Source: Balanoglossus misakiensis (lineage: Eukaryota; Animalia; Hemichordata). Taken from it: a stretch of DNA of 64,000 nt. How positions within the stretch are numbered: position 1 is the stretch's first letter; the number at the start of each line of letters is the position of its first letter. This document shows, one piece after another, positions 40,001 to 52,000 of the stretch. The notes under the pieces are model-generated. The model was given only the letters and a program-made list of their open reading frames with translations. It searched no databases and was not told the origin of the DNA. The stretch covers positions 7,068,001 through 7,132,000 of the forward strand of contig CM082590.2 in assembly GCA_040954595.2 (NCBI GenBank). Direction: 5' to 3'. The position numbers and the translations under genes were made by a program.

Positions 40001-43000
40001 ATGAATAAACGGTAGAGGCCGATTATTCATTTGTGAGTTTTTCACTCTCATGTCAACAAGCGGGTTGGAAGTTGTGTGTGGTTGAACGTTGATTCACTAT
40101 ATACTAGTATCCACATGTAGAATAATACATTGTCTTGTATCAAACATAATTAATGGAAAAGGGGCAGCGAGAGAGAGACTTTGTCCCTTTAAATGAAAAG
40201 GTCTCCAACTTTAACAACGATGATGTTTTATTTACCTTCACATTCTGGAACTGTGCCTACATGTACATATCCAACTTTGCATATGCAAATGCTGATGTCG
40301 TCGTCAAGGGGAACACAGTCTCCACCATCACCACAGTAATAGTCAGGGTCCGTGTCACAATCGCTTGTACCACCTCCGGTGACTGAAAGAAAAATTTAAT
40401 TTTCATTTCAATGTATAGGTGGAACTGGTTCATTTGACAATTTTCAGAAAGACCTTCTGCTGACAGCACAATGGAGTGTGACCCCTTTGTCCAAAATTGC
40501 CGCATTTGAGATGCAGAAAAGTGGTGGTTTATTACGAAAAACACAAGACTTCACTTTTCACTTTATTGATGCGTACATCACATGGAATGCTGTATGAATC
40601 CCCTTAGTACTAAAGCATGCACTTTGTCCCTTCTTTAAATTCACCCAATTTACTGCCTTTTCCCAATCCCTGACGTAGACTATGGTCGTCGCCATCTTGT
40701 CTGTTGTTAGGACAGCACACGGCCTTATGGTACTGACTGTATACAATTCTGTAACCAGAGTCTCTGGTTTGGTACGTACACATGAAACGATCGACCATTG
40801 CCCTTTAAGGCGATATTAACCAATTCAAGTATCTTGGTTGCTGGACCTACCTTCACAGATTTCTCCATTGCCAACATATCCATCGTTACACTTGCAACTG
40901 TAAGACCCCACAGTATTCGTACAATTTGCTCTGAAACTGCACGTATGTGTGCCGTCCTTACACTCATCCACATCTACAATGAGAAAATGGCAATACATTA
41001 CAACAGGAGTAATACATTACAACATTTTCTTGATATCTCTCTAGTTAGTGTATAATTTGCATATAAGCATATCCTTGGTAATGCAGATGAGGGTGCTTAG
41101 CCGACTTGCAAATCTTACTTTTCTGATTGGATGCTTCTATATCTTTGGATGTAAAGTGTGTAACGTTTTGCCGAATATTCTTCAGTTTAAATCGTATGTG
41201 AAATCTGTTTATACAATAGAAGAATACGTAGCCACATCGAATGATAGACAGGGGATACTTTTAGGAAAATGGGGAGCTTTTGTCAATCTTTTTGTTGAAT
41301 AGTGTTCTTTGTGGTGCCTTTCTATTGCCATATGTCGACTTACTAGTTATGTCCTTGTGTAATAAATATAGAAAAAAAATATAAGCATATCCAACCCACA
41401 TGTGTTACCCACCATATATCAGTCTCTGGTATGACTTGTTACGGGTTCTTTATGTGTTGGGGCTCAAGAAACAGAGAGAACGACAGGCGATGTATAGCTA
41501 ACAACAAGTCGCCATGTTTAAAGGGACAAAGTCTCTCTCTCGCTGCCCCTTTTCCATTAATTATATTTGATACAAGACACCGTATATGTTATCCTATATG
41601 TGGATATATAGTGAATCAACGTTCAACCACTCACAACTTCCATCCAACTTGTAGACACAAGAGTGAAGAACTCGCCAAAATGAATAATTGATGTTTACCG
41701 TTTATTCATTTTGGCGATATTTTTACTCTCATAATATCCTACAAACGGAATGGAAGTTGTGTGTGATTGAATGTTGATTCTCTATATATCCACATGTAGA
41801 ATAACATAAACGGTGTCTTGTATCAAACATAATAATTGGAAAAAGGGCAGCGAGAGAGAGACTTTGTCCCTTTAATCTACGACAGAATAACACAAGTCAA
41901 CACTATAGGGCGATATACAACATACAACTTCAAGAACATGACTCACCGTCACAAAAAGTGACACCATCTCCTTGGTAACCATCAATGCACGTGCATTCAA
42001 ACGTGCCGGGGAGATTCGTACAGTGGGCGGTGTCCAGGCAATCGTTCAAGGTGTCGTCGATGCATTCATCGGTATCCGAGCAGCTGAAACCATCGCCCGT
42101 GTAGCCGTGGCGACACTCGCACGTGTAGGAGCCAATGTTGTTGTTGCAGTCGGCGTTCAAGTCGCAATTGTTGGCAGCTGGGTCAAGGCACTCGTCTATG
42201 TCTATTGATGTTCAGGAGAGAATACAGAAAAGGAATTACTTTAGCCCTTAAAGGTATACAGTCACCTCCAATTTACATACGCCCATATATGGGTGAAATT
42301 GAGTATTTGAGCATTCTAAAGAACATATGGTGGCGCTCTTTTTTTCGTGTGTGCCACCCACTGAAAATCTGTGATTGGCTAGATCTCAATTTGCCATGGC
42401 AACTATAGTTAATTTTCCATAGGTGACCGTATACCTTTAAAAGGATGTTTTTTGGCACTTGAAATAATGCCCAATGCTAGATTACATGCTGAGAAAATTG
42501 TCCAGGATACTCTTTTCAAGCTTGCAAAATTTACGTCCAAAAACAGAAATTGCTGACTCAACAATCACCATTTTCCTTTTCCACATAATGATACTTCAGA
42601 AGTGCAATACATGTATGTATCTTAAACCTAATCACAATGTAACCGAGAAAATCTCAAAACTGGTGACATATATAACTTTTATCTTAATCTGTGGTAAAAC
42701 CATCGTATGTGACAATATAACATTAGCCAAACAAGGTCGTTTGGATGTAAATGTCTATATACTGACTGTTAAAAAATTAGAGTTAAAATTTCCTAAGTAA
42801 CTTACCATCGCAAATGTCCACACCATCACCAGTGTAACCGTCGACACACGAGCAATCATAGTTTCCGATTGTGTTACCACACTCTGCTGTACCATCGCGC
42901 AGACAGTTGTGAGAATTCTGCGTACATTCATTGATATCTGAGAGAGAAAGAGAAAGAGACAGAGACAAAGAGAGAAAGAGAGAGACAGAGAGAGAGAGAC

Positions 43001-46000
43001 AGAGAGAGACAGAGACAAAAAGAGAGAGAAAAAGACAGAGAGACAGAGAGAAAGAGATAGAGACATAGAGAAAGAGAGAGACAGGGAGAAAGAGAGACAG
43101 GGAGAGAGAGACACACAGACAGACAGACAGACAGACAGAGACGGAGACAGAGAGAGACAGATAGAGAAAGAGAAAGAGACAGAGGCAGAGTTATCAATGC
43201 TTGTCACGTTCTGAGGCCATGAAAGTGGACTATTGACCTGCCACACGCAGCGTCATGTACCGGTAAACATCCCTGAACCATTAGTCATTTTATATTTCAA
43301 TGTCATTTAACCATTAGGTTCACCGCAAGTGATAAATACCCTCACACCTGTTGCAGGCCTAATGACAGATTACTGTCTAAGACAACTTGTCAAGCTGGCT
43401 TATGTGGTTCTTACCTGAACATCTTTGTGGATTGAGCCTTGTGTAACCATCCTTGCAGATGCATTCGAAACTTCCAATTAGGTTGTTACACTCTGTGCTG
43501 CCTGTGTGGCAATCATCTCTGTATTCCGAACATTCGTCGATATCTGAAGAAAAGAAAAAAAAAGGCAAGAATAGGAATGAATACTTTCACATGTGCATGC
43601 ATTTATTTGATTTAACAAATACTAGTGTTTTGGAGATTTCTCTTTTTCTCTCTCTCTCTCTGTTCTGTGTGTCTCTCTCTCTGTGTCTCTGTCCCTCTCT
43701 CTCGCTCTCAATACAAGTTTTTATTTCTACTAATATCAGCATTTTATATTCCACACTAACTTTCCAAATTCCCCTGTTAATTGTACTATGACTGAACGAT
43801 TTTATACAATTCAGAACAAAAGTTCACTGCATGTTTATAGTGTTTTGGAGATTTCTATTCAAACATCTCAGCGTCTGATATTGTTATATAATGTGGCTTA
43901 TTTACTGTAATAAACTAGAATATATAAAGATGGAAACGACAGAAAATCATAAACTTTTGTTACGTGTATAATTATTGTTACTTGGCAGTATTAGCGATTG
44001 TAACACACTACACACTTTTCTACAGCATACATACATACATACATACATACATACATACATACACACATACATACACACACACACACATACATACATACAT
44101 ACATACATACATACATTCACATCAGATTTAAAACTTACCATTGCAGGTAACACCGTCGCCTCGGTAACCCTCATGGCAGAAGCAGTCGAAGGACCCGGGA
44201 GAGTTCAGGCAATCAGCGTTGCTATGGCAATTATGGGTACCCTCTAGACACTCATTGATTTCTTCACAGTCCAAGCCGTCGCCACGGTAGCCAGTTTTAC
44301 AGGTGCAGATGAAACTGCCGATTGTGTTGGTGCAGTCGGCATATTGGTGGCAGTTGTCAGTTCCTTCGTCACATTCGTCAATATCTGGCAGAAATAGAAT
44401 ACACAAATTCTTGCTATCTTCAATAGGTTTTTACTAGGGTGTCTAATCACTTTACAATATAATAAACCATTATTTTGTGTAATGACAAAAAATCTTGCAT
44501 TTTATCAACAACAAGAATTGATGCAATGATCCTAAAAATCTGAACAGAGCAATGATAAATAAAAGAATTGACAACCAATTAATATGTCATTAATTTTCTA
44601 AACACACGTGGCTGACACTGAATATACCAAAACGCTTGTTAATAAATCTATCCAAGGCTTTTCCTTAGCTTTAGCAGCAGTTTCTTCTCAGTGTACAATA
44701 TGTGATTACTACGTATTCAGGCAGCTATTCAAAATGCCGACATATGAAATGCAAATCTGTTTCTATGGTCAACGCAACTCATCTGGCGAGACACTTATTT
44801 AAATCAGCAAACCCTTAATTACCATCGCACAACTGTCCATCACCACGGTAACCCGGGTTACAATGGCAACCCATCACACCATCCTGTATACCACAGAAGG
44901 CATCACTGTCACAAGTGATGTCATAGCAATTAGTTACGCCTCCCGGTTCACAGACACATTCCTCTTGACAATTTGGATCACCGATGATTTGACCCACCTG
45001 CATAAAAATCAAAGAAATAAATCATCAGCAATTTTATTTATAGGGAAGCGGTCATCGCGCCATGTTTGTTTGTTTATAAACATTACACATCCCTGAAATT
45101 AGATAACTCTTAGAATGAACGAAACGAAGCAGACAACCGTATCGCAACTGAAGATCCTAGTAGGTCGTGGTGACTGCAATGGGGTTTGTGCTGGTATGGG
45201 AGGACATATTCTCATCAAGGGGGGACACCCACAGGGTGCGAAGACCAATTCCTTTTAATCATTGATTTAGATTGACATTTCTCCTAATAACACCAAACAA
45301 TGGAGAGCACATTTCGTCGAACATCACCAACATCTTACCGAGTAGTATCTTGTGATGTCACCATCTGTCAGTGCACAACCGCAGTCGTCCCCGGCAACAC
45401 ACTGGTCGCCATCTTGGTACAAACCTTCCGGACAGAAGCAACCTTCAATGCATTTGCTGTTGTCGCAGGTTTCCGCCTCGGAGCCACACATCAGAGGGCA
45501 TGCGCTGCCACACACGTCGTGTATCATTCCTTCAGTGCAATTTGGTGCTGTAACACAAAGAACAAATAGTCCTGTTTATATAGTTTATGACTGGTAATAT
45601 AATAAGTTAGAGTGCTTAAATGATAACAGGCATACTTAACTTCCATTAATTGATGCAAATATATACACTCTCACTTTTAATCTACATACATACATACATA
45701 CATACATACATGTACATACATACATACATACATACATACATACATACATGCATACATACATACATACATACATACATACATACATACATACAGACATTAT
45801 ACATACATACATACACACACACATACATACATACATATATACAATACATACATACATACATACATACATACATACATACATACATACATACATACATACA
45901 TACATACATACATACATACCGGTACATACATACATACATACATATACACACATACATACAACATACATACATACACACACACATATACATACATACATAC

Positions 46001-49000
46001 ATGCATGCATACACACATACATACATATATACAATACATACATACATACATACATACATACACACACATACATACACATCCATACATACATATATACATC
46101 AATTAATTTTTTGAAGAGATATTGCTATATTGCATAGCAAGGAAATGGGTGTGTTAAAGTACAACTTACAACAGAGATTTTCATTCTTGAATTGGATGGG
46201 ATCCACACCAGCTTCTGCGCAGGCCGTCGCATAGGAATCCAACGATTCACACTCAGCATTCGGGTCCAGTTCCAGCGATGCGCATGTGTCGTACACACAC
46301 GAGTCGTAGTAACTTTGAGGGTCCACAACCGCGTGGCAAGGTGCAAAGGGACCTGGTTGTGAAAAATGACAAATGTTCAAAGAAGTCTTTTAACATTGAG
46401 AAAACATGAAACGAAAACCAGGGTTTGGCCACTTTCTCTCTTTTTTATGTCTGGATTAGGTTTGTAATACAACTGCAAATCATTGTACATCCAACAACAT
46501 TCTATGAATTTATTAACTGAAGTATATTATTGATATTTTCCTCTACTTTAACACAGCCGGCCTGAAAGAATCACGATGTGTTTATTCGTGCCTACCTGTG
46601 GGGTCCAAAATGATGGCACAGCGGAACTCGGCCTCCTCAAGCACCGGTACATCACTGCAAGGGTCAGGCTGTTCGGGCTCTGGCAAACACTCAGCGTTAC
46701 TTGTGTTGTGTTGCCAGCTGTTTCCAAATTCAGAAGTTGATCCGGCCTATAAGTGTATGTGCAATTGACATATGACATCAATGAATAATAAGACCACAAC
46801 AATTGCCATATATACAAAATTACCAACAGGAGGGGTATCTTACTGATCTTTCCACTGATAAATGTAAAACTCGATACCGCAAACTGCCTATTATGTAAAA
46901 CACTGTTTATGTTATTCTACATGTGGATATATATAAGTGAATCAACGTTCGACCACACACAACTTCCATCCCGTTTGGAGGATATGATAGTAAAAATCTC
47001 TCCAAAATGAAAAAATGGTAAACACCAATTATTCATTATGGCGAGTTTTTCACTCTTGTGTCTGCAAGTGGGATGGAAGTTGTGTGTGGTCGAACGTTGA
47101 TTCACCATATATCCACATGTAGAATAACATAAACGGTGTCTTGTATCAAACATAATTAATGGAAAAAGGGCAGCGAGAGAGAGACTAACTTGTCCCTTTA
47201 ACTGTATGTTGAAATGTCTTTGCATTTAGATCTGAATAATAATAAATAGAGCAGCATTATTGCGATATTTACCCGTTCGTGAGCAGGAGTGTAGAACTCG
47301 TTGTGTTTGTTTTGATCGTAATCCCCACACAGTCCACAGGTGCTGTTCTGATAGTAGTAAGGGACACCAACTGTGGCCTTCGAACGTCCATTCCATGTCA
47401 CCTCAAGACCGAAATCAGCAGTCATGACCTATGGAGTATCAGTAACATCAATGTTAGTGGTCCAGACACTGTTATCAAAGTAATCATGTCTCTGGGCCTC
47501 GGTGTACCGTATGAAAATGTTTCATTCATTGTCCTAGGCCCACAGATAATCTATCAATTTAAAACAAAAATATATACCCATAAATATCAAATGTGTGGTG
47601 ATTCGGAATCGCTGTATGGAGAACCAAACTGAGTATGCAGTGAATGAATGAGTGAGTGAGTGAGTGAGTGAGTGAGTGAGATGGTGAGTGAGTGAGTGAG
47701 TGAGTAAATGAATGATGGAATGAATGAGTGAGTGAGTGAATGAATGAATGAATGAATGAATGAATGAATGAATGAATGAATGAATGAATGAATGAATGAA
47801 TTTGTCAAATAAGTGATTAAGTCATATATACTTATTTCCAGGGAGGGAAATGAAAACACTTAATAAAGAAACACTTATCCATAAACATTTTGGTCTGACA
47901 GACAATTAACATTAAGGGGACCTTACCACAAGTGATCCACTACGCTTGATTTCGATTCCGGCATGAGGGTATGAGGGCAGTGTGACTGTTACTCCGTCCA
48001 CGCGCACTTCCTTCTTCGGCAGAAGTTGTATTTCCTGTTAACAGACAATAGATAAAGCTCCATCAGTTGCCAATTCTGGCGTATTACTGTAAAACACTTT
48101 ATTTTCGCGAGTTGAAATTTTCGCGATATCGAGAGAGGCCACTGTTTCGCAAGTATTAATTTTCGCGTTCTCTTATTACATTCACTGCATCATTATCTTC
48201 AAAAATAAATTACGCGACTTTTAATTTTCATGCTATTTTGGCTCTCGCGTATTTTGCGAAAATTTATCGCTTGCGAAAATAACATGTTTTACAGTATTTC
48301 AGCGATAAAACACTTCAACTTCTGCATCTGCTAAATTCATCTCCATTTAGCCATATAACTTGCATTTGCATCAATTTGTCATATTTTAGTGACGCATGCC
48401 ACAATAGCTGTGGTGGCCAATTAAACGGTTGATGCATCAGTTTAATATATATACCTATTCAAATTGCTAAATACATGATTATAAGACATTCATGTACGCC
48501 ACAGATTGGTTTAATGCAGGAAACCCCATAACTGAAGAATTTGGAAGATATTATACGGTAAGCTACAAAAAATGTAAAAATTCTTAAAATGGAATCTTGA
48601 CCTAATGGGAAACGTTACAAGTGTGCCACATTCGACCCATCTGTGAAATCTGAAATATCCAATGACGTGCTCTAAAGCTACCACTGTGGTGTACATGGAT
48701 TGTACATGATTGTGATAAATTAATAAATGAATACACTGTCACTTACAAGGCCATATGCGATCACATAGACCTGTTTCGTCCACGAAAACTGCACACCATT
48801 CTCCACGCTTCCCCAGTTTTCGGACACAACTTCAAAAGGAGGTCCAATTTCTTCGCAGTCCTTTGCCAGTGTGTAGTTGCACATTCCTTGGAAGTTGTAG
48901 AATTTTCTGTCGAAGGTCAGGTAATGGGGGTCACCAAAAGCGATACATGTACCATACTCTGAAAAAAATTGAAAAATATTATGTGAATCTCGACCTGTAA

Positions 49001-52000
49001 TGGCGCCAACACCTTTCATCAGTATTCCTGTAACATACACCCAAAACAACGTAGATCTCACATTTATAACAATTATATCTCAATAATACATTCTGCAAAC
49101 TGTATGTATGTATGTATGTACAATGTATGTATGTATGTATGTATGTATGTATGTATGTATGTATGTATGTATGTCTGTCTGTCTGTCTGTATGTATGTAC
49201 AATGTATGTATGTATGTATGTATGTCTGTCTGTCTGTCTGTCTGTCTGTATGTATGTATGTACAATGTATGTATGTATGTATGTATGTATGTATGTACAA
49301 TGTATGTATGTATGTATGTATGTATGTATGTATGTATGTATGTATGTATGTATTGTGTACTTACTCGTGCAAATTAATAAATCTCTTACCTGTGCATACT
49401 TTACCATCTCCTTTATAACCTTCATTACACAAGCATATATAGGAGCCAATCGTATTGTGACACGTAGCACGCTCATGGCATTCAAAGATCCCCTCAGCGC
49501 ATTCGTCGATATCTACCGGTAGAAGCAACAAATATTTCAAATAATAAGAACAGAACACATTATTATTAACACTCTGGGTGTCTGCAAATTGCAATAAGGA
49601 TAGTGTTCCGTTTATATATCAGTTATTTGTTAACTCTCTAGAATTTTATTGTTTATATATGTATGATGTTTCGAAACATTAATTGTGGACGTGTATCTAT
49701 CCTACCAACACACTCTACATGCTTCTTGTCTACCTGCAAAGCTTCTTGTGGACTGTAATAACACAATGCCAAAAAAACTATTTAAGAATAAATCCCTCAG
49801 CAAACGCCAATTTCATTTGAACAACTAAAACAAGCGGCAGTAATTTTGTTGTCTCTTAATGTATTTTCTTTTTCTTTCCTTATGCCTTGTGCCTGGTACT
49901 GTAACCTCTTGAAATTTCCGTCGGAATAGTCGCCATTTTTTATAGACTGTAACACTTCATCACTTGAGTTGGGACTGAACTAGATTAGTGCCTATGGCAA
50001 CTATTTTTCAGTCCTATTCTCATTGTAAACCAAACAGTTATCTTTTTTCACTTTCATTATGTTCGTTTGATTATTATTATTATGAGAATAAACTATTATT
50101 ATTATTATTATTAATATATGTGGAATACAATAAGACAAGACAATGATGTACTATACCAGATGGCAGACAGACAAGAAGCAGATGTTGACTCGACCTACCA
50201 TCACAAAGTCGCCCGTTGCCAACGCTGACGTAACCGTCGTCACAGTCACATCTGTAGGAACCAATCAGATTGACGCAGGTTGCTACGCTCGGACAGGCAT
50301 TTTCAATCAGGCATTCATCAACATCTGTATTAAAATGTCAGAATAAAAGATGGCGACATTTTTGTTATAACATGTTTTCTTCATGATTGGTTTTGATTGT
50401 AACTCTGTGTTGAACATACAGTGAAACCTGTCTAAACCGAACACCAAAGGGACTGAGAATATTGTTCGGTTTACAGAGGTGTCTGGTGTATAGAGGTTCT
50501 TTTAATATGTGGTTAAATGTGAGGGGGACTGGACAGTGTGTTTGGTATAGACAGGTTTCCAGATTGGACAGGGTTCGGATTAGGCAGGTTTTACTGTATG
50601 TAATAGCATGTGTACAAGTATGACAAGCCTATGCCGAATATGTCAAGCAAAAGACGTTATTATGTAAAAGGTATCAAAACACAAGAAGTGTGTCCAATTC
50701 TTTGAATACCGTTTAGTGGTTATAACATGTTTTCATCATGATTGGTTTTGATTGTAACTCTGTGTTGAACATATGTGATAGCATGTGTACAAGTATGACA
50801 AGCCTATGCCCAATATGTCAAGCAAAAGATATTATGTAAAAGGTATATACATATGACGGAAGAAGCATGCATGTCCAATTCTTTGAATACCATTTGGTGG
50901 CAAAATTTTTCACGTGGCTGTCCAATGAAAATCTGTCATTGGTCAGATCTCAACTTCCTATGTAAACTGTAGCTAAATTTGTACATGTGATCATATACCT
51001 TTATAAACTTTCAATGTCTGACTCACCCAATTCTTTGAATACCGTTTGGTGGCACACTTTTTCGCTTGGCTGTCCAATGAAAATCTGTCATTTGCCAGAC
51101 CTCAACTTCCTATGTAAACTGTAGCTAAATTTGTGCAGGTGATCATACCTTTATAAATTTTCAATGTCTGACTCACCCAATTCTTTGAATACCGTTTGGT
51201 GGCACACTTTTTCACGTGGCTGTCCAATGAAAATCAGTCATTGGCCAGATCTCAACTTGCTATGTTAACTGTAGCTAAATCTGTACAGGTGATCATATAC
51301 CTTTATAAACTTTCAATGTCTGACTCACCCAATTCTTCGAATACCGTTTGGTGGCACACTTTTTCGCTTGGCTGTCCAATTAAAAACTTGTCATTGGTTA
51401 GACCTCAACTTCCTATGTAAACTGTAGCTAAATTGTACAGGTGACCGTATACCTTTACAAATATTCAATGTCTGACTCACCTGTGCATTCTCGTCCATTA
51501 CCGGTGAAACCATCATTACAAGCACACATGAAAGTACTCGGAGTGTCTGTACAAGTTGCATTTATGTGGCAGTCTGACACGCCAATGGCGCATTCATTGA
51601 TCTCTGAAAAACAGAAGCAAAAAAGTGTCTAGATAAAGTTCACACGTCAAATGAAGTGTTGCTCTATTTGATGGTAAATACTGTAAAACAGGTTATTTTC
51701 ATGAGCAATAAATTTTTGCGAAATATGCGAGGGCCAAAAAAATGAGAAAATACAAAAATTGAATACAATGTTTTTCGAAGATAACGATTCAGTTGGTGAA
51801 ATATGAGAACGCAAGAACTAATCCTCGCATAGTTAGTTGCCTCTTTTGATATCGTGAAATTTTACTGTCGTGAAAATAACCCGTTTTACAGTATATTCGC
51901 ACAATCAGTTTATGGACATTGTTTCCATGTCCAGAAAGACTTAAAGGTAGAAAGAGCTGTATTATATTTAGTGTCAATTACTCTCAATTACTAAAAAGTT

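Noticed and set aside
10034-44384. Calling the large gene fibrillin, Notch, SCO-spondin or Caspr
   Set aside because: No TB/8-Cys domains, no LNR/ankyrin/TM, no LDLa or TSP1 array and no laminin-G domains are seen in the window; no gene symbol assigned.
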